In this document: positions 1 through 10,025 of the stretch, piece after piece
Layout of the letters: every line of letters starts with the position of its first letter
How positions within the stretch are numbered: position 1 is the first letter of the stretch
NCBI GenBank assembly: GCA_032161105.1
Contig: JAVHTD010000001.1
DNA length: 64,000 nt
Source: Candidatus Thermosaccharophagus tengchongensis
Lineage (GTDB): Bacteria; Armatimonadota; Fervidibacteria; Fervidibacterales; Thermosaccharophagaceae
Reading direction: 5' to 3' (one strand)
Translations under genes and position numbers: made by a program
The notes under the pieces: generated by a model
Seen by the model: the letters and a program-made list of their open reading frames with translations, nothing else
Database searches by the model: none
Told to the model about the DNA's origin: nothing

Positions 1-2460
1 GTCTTGCAGGTGTGGGTCTTCCTCAACTATCCTGTGAGCGACTTGCCTTGCGAGGATGAGCAAGTCAACATCGTTTATGATATCGGCTATCTTTAAGTCC
101 GGCAGACCGTGTTGCCTCGTCCCGTAAAATTCACCCGGACCGCGAATGCGCAGGTCTTCTTCGGCAATCTCAAAGCCATCATTTGTGCGCACCATCACCT
201 CAAGTCTTCTCCTTGCATCATCGCTTGATGGCGAGCCGATGAGGAAACAGTAGCTTTGAAATGTGCTCCTTCTGACTCGTCCCCTGAGTTGATGAAGTTG
301 TGCCAAGCCAAACCTGTGCGCATCCTCAATCACGATGACCGTAGCGTTTGGGACATCCACACCAACTTCTATCACAGTCGTCGTTGTGAGAACATTTATC
401 TCACCGCGCCTGAATGCGTCCATGACCGAATCTTTTTCATGTGTCGGGAGGCGACCATGCAATACGCCGACCCTATATTCGGGGAAGACCTCCCGCTGCA
501 ACCATTCGGCATGCCTGACAACAGCATCCACATCCTCAAGCTTCTCCGATTCTTCAATCAGCGGGCAGACTACATATGCCTGTCGCCCCTTCTCAAGTTC
601 CTGTTGGACGAACCGATAGGCTAAGTGCCTTTTCTCCTTTCTCACCCACCTTGTTATCACCGGCTTCCTACCGGGTGGCAGCTCGCGCAGCACCGAAACA
701 TCCAAGTCACCGTAGACGGTCAGGGCGAGCGTCCTCGGTATTGGCGTTGCAGTCATGACAAGGACATCGGGGCAAATACCTTTGCGTATCAAGTTTGCGC
801 GTTGCATCACACCAAAGCGGTGTTGCTCGTCCACGATCACCAAGCCAAGGTTTTTGAAATTCACATCCTCCTGAATGAGAGCGTGCGTCCCAACGATTAT
901 TGAGGCATCGCCGAGTTCAATTCTCCTCCTCGCCTTTTTCTTCTCCTTTGGCGACAGGCTGCCGATGAGCAGCGTGACATCAACCCCAAACGGCTGAAAG
1001 AGCTCAAGCAGGACGCGGTAATGCTGCTCTGCGAGTATCTCCGTCGGAGCCATAAACGCGCTCTGGTAGCCGTTGAGCACAGCTGTGTAAAGAGCAACTG
1101 CCGCAACTATGGTCTTTCCCGAGCCGACCTCACCGTGAAGGAGCCTGTTCATCGGCTGTGGTGATGCCATGTCCCTGTGTATTTCCGCGATGGCTCTCTT
1201 CTGCGAAGCCGTCAGCTCAAACGGGAATGAGCTTATGAACTCTTGAATCTGTGGCATGTCCGTCTTGAATGCGATGCCCTGCCGCTTCTTGAAACCCCTC
1301 TCCCTCAGCGCAAGCGCAAGTTGCATCAAGAGAAACTCCTCAAACACGAGCCTCCTTCTCGCCCCTTGCAGTTTGTGCATGTCATCTGGGAAGTGAATTT
1401 GCCTGAAGGCTTCCCTCAACGGCATCAGGTTGTGCACTGTGAGCAATTCGCTTGGGAGCGTCTCCTCAATTGTCCAGCCCAATGTCTCCAGAGTGTTGTG
1501 GACGAGCTGCCTGACAAAGTTTTGCGTCAGACCCTGAGTAAGCGGGTATATTGGGACGATGCGCCCAATTTGAAGCCAGCTCTCCTCCCCAGCCGGCTCA
1601 ATCTCTGGCATGACGACGCAAAGGCTGTGCATAAACCTTTGCACCTTGCCATAGGCAAACAGCTTCATCCTCGGAAATAGCTGTGCCTCACGAAATGGTT
1701 GATTGAACCATACGAGGAAGGCACTGCCAGTTTGGTCTGCCACTGGCACCTTCGTTATCGTTATGTTCCTTCGCCTCTCCGTCCTCGGGTAGCCGGTGAT
1801 GGTTACGAAGATGCATTCCTTCTCTCCCGGGGTCAGTTGCGATAGCGTTTTAATCTGTGTTCTGTCCTCATGCCTCCTCGGAAAGAGCGTTAGCAAGTCG
1901 CCGACTTTCTCAACCCCGAGGCGTTTCAGGAGCGCTGCTCGCTTTTGTCCGACACCGTGAAGGTATTGCACCGGCTTTTCAAGCACATCCTTATCGGGCG
2001 CTTCAACCTTGCCGCTTGCGCGCCCTTGATCCGCATGCGGCTTAACCGCTGTGTGGCGCGCTGTGACACCCGCTCTTTGAGATGCAACAGCTGAGCGAGT
2101 TATAGCTTGCACTGCCGACTGGCTGAGTTGGCTTGCGCTTTCCTCTGTGACGGGTGCATGGCAAGTTAGCGCGCTAAGTTCTCTCACTATTTGCTCCGCC
2201 TCATTCACCCTCCTTTGGCGCTCTACGACGCTCAAGACATCGTAGCCTTCAAAGAGCGAAATCAGTCGGCGCAGCATCTCCGCCACTTTATCGTGCGTGG
2301 CTAACTCAAGCGCCCTTCTCGCCCAAAGCCGCATATACTGCCCGAAGCCGCCTATGACGGACAGGTCTCGGTAACCCATATTTCGCTCAACAGGTATTGG
2401 TTTAGCGAGCTTGTCAACTATTTCCCGAAGCGCCACATCCAAGCCCTTTAAATCACTCAT
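1..2460 (-). CDS. recG: ATP-dependent DNA helicase RecG (3' end runs off the window)
   Basis: Not in the ORF track because it is open at the edge. Manual minus-strand translation from ATG at 2460 gives MNRLLHGEVGSGKT (Walker A), MAPTEILAEQH, VDEQHRFG, MTATPIPRTL and GRQAYVVCPLIEES. Confidence 0.95.
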   Translation of the reverse strand, partial: MSDLKGLDVALREIVDKLAKPIPVERNMGYRDLSVIGGFGQYMRLWARRALELATHDKVAEMLRRLISLFEGYDVLSVVERQRRVNEAEQIVRELSALTCHAPVTEESASQLSQSAVQAITRSAVASQRAGVTARHTAVKPHADQGRASGKVEAPDKDVLEKPVQYLHGVGQKRAALLKRLGVEKVGDLLTLFPRRHEDRTQIKTLSQLTPGEKECIFVTITGYPRTERRRNITITKVPVADQTGSAFLVWFNQPFREAQLFPRMKLFAYGKVQRFMHSLCVVMPEIEPAGEESWLQIGRIVPIYPLTQGLTQNFVRQLVHNTLETLGWTIEETLPSELLTVHNLMPLREAFRQIHFPDDMHKLQGARRRLVFEEFLLMQLALALRERGFKKRQGIAFKTDMPQIQEFISSFPFELTASQKRAIAEIHRDMASPQPMNRLLHGEVGSGKTIVAAVALYTAVLNGYQSAFMAPTEILAEQHYRVLLELFQPFGVDVTLLIGSLSPKEKKKARRRIELGDASIIVGTHALIQEDVNFKNLGLVIVDEQHRFGVMQRANLIRKGICPDVLVMTATPIPRTLALTVYGDLDVSVLRELPPGRKPVITRWVRKEKRHLAYRFVQQELEKGRQAYVVCPLIEESEKLEDVDAVVRHAEWLQREVFPEYRVGVLHGRLPTHEKDSVMDAFRRGEINVLTTTTVIEVGVDVPNATVIVIEDAHRFGLAQLHQLRGRVRRSTFQSYCFLIGSPSSDDARRRLEVMVRTNDGFEIAEEDLRIRGPGEFYGTRQHGLPDLKIADIINDVDLLILARQVAHRIVEEDPHLQD

Positions 2461-2924
2461 GGTGGCACCGCCCACTTTAAGGCAGCATTTTGAAGCCCGA
2501 AGAAAACCCCTCCAACAATGTTTGTCATCGCCGGATTGCATCTTCAGCACGCCGATGGTGATGCAAGTCAGCAGTTTTAAAACTATCGCTATCCATTATT
2601 GTTAGCGCAAGGGCAAAGAGCCGTAATGATGAACTCAATTTGATGGCGGTGTTTGGACAAGTTATCGTGTGTCCACTTACTCATGCTGTCATGCCACTTT
2701 AACAAGTGGCACAATTTGTGTTGGGTGCCCGGTGCCCTCAAAGCATGTTTATCGGGTTGAGGTGTTGGAGTGTTTACCATGGCTGGTAAGTTGCTCGCCA
2801 TCATGATGCTCATTATTGCTTATGCGTCAAAGTTATTGAGCGTGTATGTTGTGGGTATAGAGGCGCATTGTGGCGAAGGCGAGTATCCATCAAAGACAAA
2901 AGCTGCTTTGGGGGCAGGGCGAAA

Positions 2925-3278
2925 GTGGATGCTTGCAAGGGCAAGTCAGCGGCTCAGATTGCTTTGATAGCGGACTCAATAGTGAAGGTGGAGTTGCTGC
3001 TTTTCTTTCATTCAAACCCGATGGCGATGGATACCGCAAGAGGGCTCTCAATGTGGCTTGGAATGGACATGAGGGCAGTTGAGAAAGCCGCAGACGAACT
3101 TGCCGATGCAATGGTGTTAAAGCGTTACGGCGAGGGGGAAGATGCTGTTTACACGCTTACTGACGATCCTGAGGTGAAAAGGGCGGTTGTAGAGTTTGTC
3201 TCAACGGTGCTCTCATCCAAGGAGAAGCGAAGTGCATTTCTAAGGCGGCTCCTTTGCGAGGAGGCGAAGGGCAGATGA
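2925..3278 (+). CDS. small hypothetical protein, possibly winged-helix fold, translationally coupled to the KaiC-like ATPase
   Basis: ORF 2868-3278 with probable GTG start at 2925. Its stop overlaps the next ATG (ATGA). The helix-helix-wing-like pattern LSMWLGMDMRAVEKAADELADAMVLKRYGEGEDAVYTL suggests the fold. Confidence 0.6.
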   Translation: MDACKGKSAAQIALIADSIVKVELLLFFHSNPMAMDTARGLSMWLGMDMRAVEKAADELADAMVLKRYGEGEDAVYTLTDDPEVKRAVVEFVSTVLSSKEKRSAFLRRLLCEEAKGR

Positions 3279-4783
3279 TCAGTGACGAGTTTGTGCGGAC
3301 TGGCATACCCGGTGTTGACGAAATTCTCATGGGTGGCATATTGCGCGGAGATACGATACTCGTTCAAGGTGCACCGGGCACTGGCAAGACGACATTTGGG
3401 CTGCAGTTTATTTACTATGGCGCCCTCCACTGCAACGAGCCCGGTCTCATAGTCACATTTGAGCAGTTCCCAAAACAGATGCTCCGTGATGCAAAGCACT
3501 TTGGTTGGGACTTTGAGACGCTGATTGAGCAGAGGAAAATTCACATCATAGCCACATCGCCGCATGTGTTTCAAAAGCAGCTTCAAAGCCCCGATGGCAT
3601 CATCCACAGAACGCTTGCGGAGATGGACATACAGAGGGTGTTCATAGACAGCATAACGCATTTTCAGCGCATCACGACGGATGAAGTCCAGTTGAGGGAG
3701 ATGGTGAGCGGTCTTTTGAACATGCTCAGGCAGCGCGAGATAACAGCCATCCTCACGCAGGAAGTCCAGCAGGCTGAGCAATCCTTCACATTTGAGGAAT
3801 ACACAGTTGATGCGGTCATAAGGCTTTCACTTGAGCCCGTGGACAGAGCTCAAAGGAAACGCTTCATAGAGGTGCTCAAAGCGAGGGGACAGGCTTTCCT
3901 TCCGGGGAGGCACAGCTTAGCCATTGAATCAACAGGAATAAGGGTTTACCCGGCACCGCATCCCATCCTCATCTCCACCGACGGAGCTGACAATGAGCCA
4001 CCCTCGCTGACGAGGATAAGAAGCGGTGTTCCGGGGCTTGACAGGATGCTCGGTGGCGGTCTCTATGAGGGCTTTTGCGTGCTCCTCGCAGGCGATGTCG
4101 GTGCCGGCAAGTCAATACTCGCGCGCCAATTCATTGCGTATGGAGCGCAGCATAACGAAAGGGGATTGTATGTCACGATTAGGGAAACACCTGAGCAAGT
4201 GATACGCGCTGCCGAGACGATCGGGTTGGAGTTGCGCCCGTTGATTGAAAATGACATGTTCACAATGCTCCATTACAGCCTCGGCGACTTGGACCCATAC
4301 AAAATCTTTTGGGACATACGCAATCTTGTGAGCAGCAAGCCGTTCAAAAGGGCTGTGATTGACAGCCTCTCAGACATTCAGCCAAACTTGATGGAGGCAG
4401 CCACATTCAGGGATTATGTTGCGGCGCTGCGCCAGCTATTCCGCTCACACGGCATAACCTCCATGCTCACATTTGATATTCGCCCGACGACGGTAGAGCA
4501 AGAGTTGATTGAATCGGAGATAGCTGTTGTCGTTGATGCCATACTTGCCCTCAGGCTGAGGAACATCCATGACCACATGCGCAAGACCATAACCGTGCTC
4601 AAGATGAGGGGTAGCGACCATGACGATGGGATAAGGAGTATGAGGATTGAGCCGGGCGAAGGAATGATCGTTGAGACCGGCTTTGAGGGCATGCCATCTT
4701 TCCTGAGGCGATTGCAGCAGCTCTCAATGGAGGTCGCGCGCGGGCGGCAAGGGTTTGAAACGGAAGGTTCAGAGGCACAGTAG
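3275..4783 (+). CDS. KaiC/RAD55-family double-domain ATPase
   Basis: Two RecA-like domains with TGIPGVD/SGVPGLD entries, Walker A GAPGTGKT and GDVGAGKS, Walker B FIDSI and VIDSL, and LKARG/LKMRG motifs. Confidence 0.9.
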   Translation: MISDEFVRTGIPGVDEILMGGILRGDTILVQGAPGTGKTTFGLQFIYYGALHCNEPGLIVTFEQFPKQMLRDAKHFGWDFETLIEQRKIHIIATSPHVFQKQLQSPDGIIHRTLAEMDIQRVFIDSITHFQRITTDEVQLREMVSGLLNMLRQREITAILTQEVQQAEQSFTFEEYTVDAVIRLSLEPVDRAQRKRFIEVLKARGQAFLPGRHSLAIESTGIRVYPAPHPILISTDGADNEPPSLTRIRSGVPGLDRMLGGGLYEGFCVLLAGDVGAGKSILARQFIAYGAQHNERGLYVTIRETPEQVIRAAETIGLELRPLIENDMFTMLHYSLGDLDPYKIFWDIRNLVSSKPFKRAVIDSLSDIQPNLMEAATFRDYVAALRQLFRSHGITSMLTFDIRPTTVEQELIESEIAVVVDAILALRLRNIHDHMRKTITVLKMRGSDHDDGIRSMRIEPGEGMIVETGFEGMPSFLRRLQQLSMEVARGRQGFETEGSEAQ

Positions 4784-4892
4784 TCGTTAAGGTAAGCTTG
4801 CATTGCGATATATGCCCGCCACATGGCGCATCACGAAGGGCGCATTTTTCCTCGCATCGTTCCCACATCGTTTCAAGGAGGGAGACTCTTCA

Positions 4893-5459
4893 ATGGGTGA
4901 GCTGGTTGGCGGGGCTGCGGTTAATGAATTTTTGCTTAAGGCGCTTGCAGCCGTTCTCATCGGCATAGCGCTTGAGGCAATTGGGCTTCTGTTGGGCAAA
5001 CTGATTGAGCGGATGCTTAAAGGTTCGCTTGGCTACCGTGAGGCGCGAGACAAGCAATGGTATGTCATTAGGCGAAGGCGATTGCTCTTATTGCCACAGT
5101 GGTTCATTCGCTGTTCGCTGATGCTGCTCGCCATCTTCATTGCGCTTGAGATATTTGATCTCCCGATCCTGCCGTTTACGGCTTGGCTGGCTGTAACATC
5201 ATTAACTGCCGTGCTCGCCCTGCGCAGGCTGATTGAAAATGCGATAGCATGCTACATACTCATGCTTGAGGATGTGATTGGCGTTGGCGACAGGGTGCGC
5301 ATGGGTAACTGTTGGGCGACCGTTGAGCACATTGGTTGGTTTGTGACGAAGCTAAGGGATGACGATGGTTTAACGCACACGGTGATGAATTCGTTCCTTG
5401 TGCAGCTGATGCGAGCAGCTGATGGTGCCCACGGGAAGGGCAATACAGCCATGCGGTGA
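4893..5459 (+). CDS. short MscS-family mechanosensitive channel domain protein
   Basis: GGAGGGAG RBS, three hydrophobic segments, then IGVGDRVRMGNCWATVEHIGWFVTKLRDDDG, typical of the MscS beta domain. The C-terminal cage domain appears absent. Confidence 0.7.
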   Translation: MGELVGGAAVNEFLLKALAAVLIGIALEAIGLLLGKLIERMLKGSLGYREARDKQWYVIRRRRLLLLPQWFIRCSLMLLAIFIALEIFDLPILPFTAWLAVTSLTAVLALRRLIENAIACYILMLEDVIGVGDRVRMGNCWATVEHIGWFVTKLRDDDGLTHTVMNSFLVQLMRAADGAHGKGNTAMR

Positions 5460-5502
5460 TAGCCCTCGGCAACGGCGATAAGTGCACCGCGAATTGGCAG
5501 CG

Positions 5503-5511
5503 TGGCATACT
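5503..5511 (+). promoter_or_regulatory. possible extended -10 element (TGgCATACT)
   Basis: Resembles TGnTATAAT and lies about 20 nt upstream of the small ORF that precedes tRNA-Met. Confidence 0.3.
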
Positions 5512-5532
5512 ATGGTTGCGGAGGGGCAAGAT

Positions 5533-5691
5533 ATGGCTAAGATAAAAGTTGACTGGGAGAAGTTGAAGGAGTTCTCGCCGGAGAATTTGCTTGCACTTGA
5601 GCGTGAGCTTATGGAAGCCGTAAAGCGCGAGTGGGAGGAGAGAAGGCAGGCTCGCTTGCAAAGCCAAGGTGAGGAAAAACGCAAGAAGTAG
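5533..5691 (+). CDS. small charged hypothetical protein (52 aa)
   Basis: GGAGGGG RBS ahead of ATG. Helical, charge-rich sequence that fills the intergenic gap. Confidence 0.6.
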   Translation: MAKIKVDWEKLKEFSPENLLALERELMEAVKREWEERRQARLQSQGEEKRKK

Positions 5692-5729
5692 GTGTGTATT
5701 AGCTTCAGTGCTGGCGGCTTTCAAGCGGT

Positions 5730-5801
5730 GGCGGCGTAGCTCAGCGGTAGAGCAAGGGAATCATAATCCCTGGGTCCGGGGTTCGAATCCCCGCGCCGCC
5801 A
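5730..5801 (+). tRNA. tRNA with CAT anticodon, probably elongator tRNA-Met; CCA not encoded
   Basis: Acceptor stem GGCGGCG/CGCCGCC, D arm TAGCTCAGCGGTAGAGC, anticodon arm AGGGA-ATCATAA-TCCCT, T loop GTTCGAATC. The G1-C72 pair argues against initiator tRNA. Confidence 0.93.
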
Positions 5802-5850
5802 CTTTTGTGATATTGCTGCATGGCAGTTTGAGGTGACATGAAAGAAACTC

Positions 5851-6378
5851 ATGCGACCACGAGATGAGAATAGGAAGGCTGAGGCGAGGGAAGGAAGAGA
5901 CAAGCCGGATGAAATTGAGCAGCTGCGCAAGTTGCTCCAGTTGATGGAACAGTTTGGGCTCAGCGAACTCATCATTGAGGAAAGGGACTTCATGGTGTGC
6001 CTTAGAAGGGGCATTGCAACTCAAGGTGATGTCCGCGTTGAGAGGAGGCAGGCTGTGCCCTATAGCACTCCCACTCCAGTTGGGCAGGTTGGCTTGGCGG
6101 CTTTTCAAGCTGAGCCGCCCGGGGAGCTGCATTATATCTCCTCGCCGTTAACCGGCATTTTCTACCGTCGTCCGGCTCCGAATGAGCCTCCATTTGTTGA
6201 AGTTGGCACACATGTTGGAGCTGGACAGGTGGTGGCACTCGTTGAGGCGATGAAGATTTTCAATGAGGTGTTTTGCGAGGTTGATGGCATAGTTGTGGAG
6301 ATTTGCGCTCAGGATGGACAGCTTGTCCATCAGGGCGATACGCTCATGGTTGTCAGGAGGGTCAAACAGCCAAGTTAA
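5851..6378 (+). CDS. accB: acetyl-CoA carboxylase biotin carboxyl carrier protein
   Basis: ISSPLTGIFYRRPAP and the biotinylation motif VEAMKIFNEV. Confidence 0.92.
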   Translation: MRPRDENRKAEAREGRDKPDEIEQLRKLLQLMEQFGLSELIIEERDFMVCLRRGIATQGDVRVERRQAVPYSTPTPVGQVGLAAFQAEPPGELHYISSPLTGIFYRRPAPNEPPFVEVGTHVGAGQVVALVEAMKIFNEVFCEVDGIVVEICAQDGQLVHQGDTLMVVRRVKQPS

Positions 6379-6412
6379 GCCACCAAGCACAATTTTGAAG
6401 GGGAGAGGCACT

Positions 6413-7771
6413 GTGAAGCGGCGAGCCGGCTCACCCGTTGTGGAAGGCAAGCAATCGCATGGCAATGTCAATTCGGATAAGCCGAGGGATGTCGTTCGTA
6501 TTGGCATGCTCGGGCTTGGGACTGTTGGAAGCGCTGTGATTGCACTGCTGTGGCGCAATAGGGAGCTCATACAGCTCAGGGTTGGATGCGCGGTTGAAGT
6601 GGTTAAGGTGGCTGTCAAGCACTTGGATAAAGAGCGCCCAGTAATTTTGGATCCGAGGATGCTCACTGACAATGCATACGAGGTTATTGAGGACGAGAGC
6701 GTGGACATAGTTGTTGAGCTGATTGGCGGTGTTGAGCCGGCATACGAGTATGTGATGCGCGCAATTGAACTCGGTAAAAGCGTGGTCACGGCGAATAAAG
6801 AACTTCTGGCAAAGCGCGGCGGCGAGATTTTGGATGCGGCTAAGGGGAAGGGCGTTGATGTATACTTTGAGGCGAGTGTTGGCGGCGGTATACCGATCAT
6901 AATGCCGCTCAAGCAGAGCCTCGTCGGAAACAGGATAAAGCGCATTGTCGGCATACTCAACGGCACAACGAATTACATCCTCACTCGCATGACGAGGGAT
7001 GGATTGGATTTCTCCACAGCGCTAAGTGAGGCTCAGGCGAAGGGGTTTGCGGAGGCTGACCCGACTGATGATGTTGATGCGTTTGACCCGATGTATAAGA
7101 TTGCGATACTGGCAGCAATAGCCTTCGGCTACCGCATTCCGCTTGATGCCATATATCGTGAGGGCATAAGGCACATTGAGCCAGCCGATATTGACTACGC
7201 GAGCAGTTTGGGATATGTGATCAAGCTGTTAGCGATAGCTGCCGAGCACGATGGGTTAATTGAGCTGCGCGTTCATCCGACGCTCGTGCCAAAGACGCAC
7301 CCGCTCGCATCCGTGAGCGATAACTACAACGCCGTCGTGATTGAGGGCGACAGCGTTGGAAGGCTAATGTTCTACGGGCAAGGGGCAGGTGGCGCACCAA
7401 CCGCAAGTGCTGTGGTCGGTGACATAGTTGACGCTGCGAGGAATTTAAGGCTTGATGCGAAAGGACGGTTGCCATGTGTGTGTCGGCTTGGCGGTATGTT
7501 CAAGAGCATAGATGATGTTGTGAGCCGATTCTGTATCAGGATGAGGGTGGCTGACAAGCCGGGCGTGTTGGCAAAGATTGCAGGCGTGTTTGGTGCTGAA
7601 GGTGTTAGCATTGCATCAGTTGTCCAAAGGGAAAGCGACGGTAAGACGGCGGAGATAGTTTGGATAACCCATGCAACGCCATACAGGTCGTTGAGGGGAG
7701 CGCTTGAAGGTATATCAAGCCTTGATGTCGTTCAAAGCGTTGGGAAACCACTCTGGGTGGAAGCCGATTGA
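6413..7771 (+). CDS. hom: homoserine dehydrogenase with C-terminal ACT domain
   Basis: GLGTVG, VVTANK, FEASVGGGIP, GILNGTTNYIL, GFAEADPTDD, and ACT motif DKPGVLAKIA. Probable GTG start at 6413. Confidence 0.95.
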   Translation: MKRRAGSPVVEGKQSHGNVNSDKPRDVVRIGMLGLGTVGSAVIALLWRNRELIQLRVGCAVEVVKVAVKHLDKERPVILDPRMLTDNAYEVIEDESVDIVVELIGGVEPAYEYVMRAIELGKSVVTANKELLAKRGGEILDAAKGKGVDVYFEASVGGGIPIIMPLKQSLVGNRIKRIVGILNGTTNYILTRMTRDGLDFSTALSEAQAKGFAEADPTDDVDAFDPMYKIAILAAIAFGYRIPLDAIYREGIRHIEPADIDYASSLGYVIKLLAIAAEHDGLIELRVHPTLVPKTHPLASVSDNYNAVVIEGDSVGRLMFYGQGAGGAPTASAVVGDIVDAARNLRLDAKGRLPCVCRLGGMFKSIDDVVSRFCIRMRVADKPGVLAKIAGVFGAEGVSIASVVQRESDGKTAEIVWITHATPYRSLRGALEGISSLDVVQSVGKPLWVEAD

Positions 7772-7791
7772 CACATTACTGAAGGGAGTAT

Positions 7792-8979
7792 ATGGGCATG
7801 AGCAGCGAAGATGACATGCGCCAAGTTGTTGGGAGTGGCGACATTTGGCGCGGCATCATTCACCGCTACCGCCAGTTTCTGCCAATCACTGACTCCACGC
7901 CGATTGTGACCCTCTGCGAGGGCAACACACCATTAATCAGGTCAAGGGCAATTGAGGGGTTGATTGGTGGGAACCTCCTCGTCTACCTCAAGTATGAGGG
8001 GGCGAATCCAACAGGTTCATTCAAGGACAGGGGGATGACTGTCGCGGTCTCAAAGGCGCTTGAGAGGGGTTACACAGTTGGGATATGCGCTTCAACTGGT
8101 AACACATCCGCATCAGCTGCTGCATATTGCGCGAGGGCTAACATCAGATGCGTCATCATTGTTCCCGAGGGGAGAGTGGCTCTCGGGAAACTTTCTCAGG
8201 CTCTCGCTCACGGTGCATTGCTATGCCCAGTCAGCGGCAGCTTTGATGATGCGCTCAACATCGTGCGCCAAATATGTGGCTCAGAAGGGGATGTAGCGCT
8301 TCTCAATTCAATCAACCCTGAGAGGATTGAGGGTCAAAAGACGGCTGCGTTTGAAATATGCGATGCTCTCCTGCGTGCGCCCGATTTCCACATCATGCCA
8401 GTTGGGAACGCCGGGAACATAACCTCTCACTGGATGGGCTACAAGGAGTATTACAAGAGCGGCTTAATCCGTGACTTGCCGATAATGGTCGGAGTGCAAG
8501 CTGCTGGAGCCGCGCCTTTAGTGCTCGGTCACCCTGTTGAGAATCCGGAGACGATTGCAACAGCTATACGCATCGGTAACCCGGCGAGGTGGAATGGGGC
8601 AATTGAAGCAAGGGATGAATCCGGCGGGACAATCATCGCCGTTACGGATGACGAGATCATAGCTGCATATCAACTGCTCGCTCAGAAGGAAGGTCTATTT
8701 GTTGAGCCAGCTGGAGCAGCAAGCGTTGCCGGGTTGCTAAAGCTCCACAGGGAAGGGTATTTTGAGCGGGCGCTACAAAAGCGCTGTTTGCGCTGCGATG
8801 AAAAGCCAATTGCAGTTTGTGTCCTGACCGGGCATGGTCTCAAGGATCCTCAAACAGCCATGCGTTTGGCAAGGCTACCCGAGCCGCTTCCGCCCGACAA
8901 GGATGCGATAATGAGCTTCATCAAGGCAAACTTGAATGAGGGAACCTTCGGAAGTGAGCGCAAAGCAGCAAAATGGTGA
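7792..8979 (+). CDS. thrC: threonine synthase
   Basis: NPTGSFKDRG (PLP lysine), CASTGNTSAS, PVGNAGN, LTGHGLKDP. Follows hom. Confidence 0.95.
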   Translation: MGMSSEDDMRQVVGSGDIWRGIIHRYRQFLPITDSTPIVTLCEGNTPLIRSRAIEGLIGGNLLVYLKYEGANPTGSFKDRGMTVAVSKALERGYTVGICASTGNTSASAAAYCARANIRCVIIVPEGRVALGKLSQALAHGALLCPVSGSFDDALNIVRQICGSEGDVALLNSINPERIEGQKTAAFEICDALLRAPDFHIMPVGNAGNITSHWMGYKEYYKSGLIRDLPIMVGVQAAGAAPLVLGHPVENPETIATAIRIGNPARWNGAIEARDESGGTIIAVTDDEIIAAYQLLAQKEGLFVEPAGAASVAGLLKLHREGYFERALQKRCLRCDEKPIAVCVLTGHGLKDPQTAMRLARLPEPLPPDKDAIMSFIKANLNEGTFGSERKAAKW

Positions 8980-9075
8980 TGGGATAAGGCACACAAAAGC
9001 TGCAGCTGCTGCCCACTCGCGCGGTTACACCAATTGCGTCTCGCCTGTGAAACCTTCGCTATAGGGGGTGCGCGT

Positions 9076-9969
9076 GTGAGGGGTCCGATTGTGATGACGA
9101 ATTTGCGTTCAGTGCCGCTGCTCAAGCGCGGCAAGGTGCGCGACATTTACAAGGTCAACGGGGCACTGTTGCTCGTTGCCACCGACAGGATATCGGCGTT
9201 TGATGTTGTCCTGCCAACGCCAATTCCGGACAAGGGTTTCATCCTCACGCAGCTATCAGTTTTTTGGTTTGAGCGCACAAGGCACATCATCCCAAACCAC
9301 CTTATTACTGCCTCCGTTGATGAGTTTCCGGATGAGCTTCAAAGTGAGCGTGAGGTGCTTGAGGGTCGTTCTGTGCTCGTCAAGCTCGCAGAGCCTCTTC
9401 CAATTGAGAGCGTAGTTCGTGGATATATAGCCGGGTCAGCGTGGAAGGAATACGCCGCAACTGGGGAGGTGTGCGGCATAAAGCTCCCAAGTGGATTGAA
9501 GATGTGCCAGAAGCTCCCCGAGCCGATATTCACTCCGGCAACGAAGGCACTCGTCGGGCATGACGAGAACATCGCATTTGAACAGGTCGTGGACATGGTC
9601 GGGAGGGAAGTTGCGGAGAGGGTTAGGGAAATAAGCCTTCAGATTTATTCCTTCGCATCAAGGTATGCCGAGGAGAGGGGCATAATCATCGCCGACACGA
9701 AGTTTGAGTTTGGACTCGTTGATGGCAAGTTGATGCTGATTGACGAGCTCCTCACGCCGGATTCATCTCGCTTCTGGGATATGGAAACATATGAGCCGGG
9801 GAAGCCGCAGGAGAGCTTTGACAAGCAGTTCGTTCGTGACTACCTTGAAAGCATCAATTGGAACAAGCAACCGCCCGCACCGGCGTTGCCCGAGGATGTA
9901 GTTGAGAAAACGAGGCAGCGCTATTGGGAAGCCTACAGAAGACTGTGTGGCGAAAAGGCGTGTTTGTGA
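9076..9969 (+). CDS. purC: phosphoribosylaminoimidazole-succinocarboxamide synthase
   Basis: RGKVRDIY, TDRISAFD, ADTKFEFG, DELLTPDSSRFW, FDKQFVRDYL. Start uncertain between 9034 and 9094. Confidence 0.95.
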   Translation: MRGPIVMTNLRSVPLLKRGKVRDIYKVNGALLLVATDRISAFDVVLPTPIPDKGFILTQLSVFWFERTRHIIPNHLITASVDEFPDELQSEREVLEGRSVLVKLAEPLPIESVVRGYIAGSAWKEYAATGEVCGIKLPSGLKMCQKLPEPIFTPATKALVGHDENIAFEQVVDMVGREVAERVREISLQIYSFASRYAEERGIIIADTKFEFGLVDGKLMLIDELLTPDSSRFWDMETYEPGKPQESFDKQFVRDYLESINWNKQPPAPALPEDVVEKTRQRYWEAYRRLCGEKACL

Positions 9970-10025
9970 TCCTCAACGGCGACCGATTAGTGGCTATTAT
10001 GCTTTTGCCAGCGTGGTGATGGCTC

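Noticed and set aside
256..2045. Plus-strand ORFs of 60-145 aa
   Set aside because: They are antisense shadows of recG, which occupies the minus strand.
2600..2660. GGGCAAA motif suggestive of a c-di-GMP-I riboswitch upstream of the KaiC-like module
   Set aside because: The GAAA-capped P2 stem and the GACGCAAA segment are missing.
3275..4783. A true circadian kaiC clock gene
   Set aside because: No Ser/Thr phosphorylation pair, altered EE motifs, and no kaiA/kaiB nearby.
5730..5850. tRNA as an integration site for an island
   Set aside because: No integrase, no duplicated tRNA 3' end seen, and housekeeping genes follow directly.
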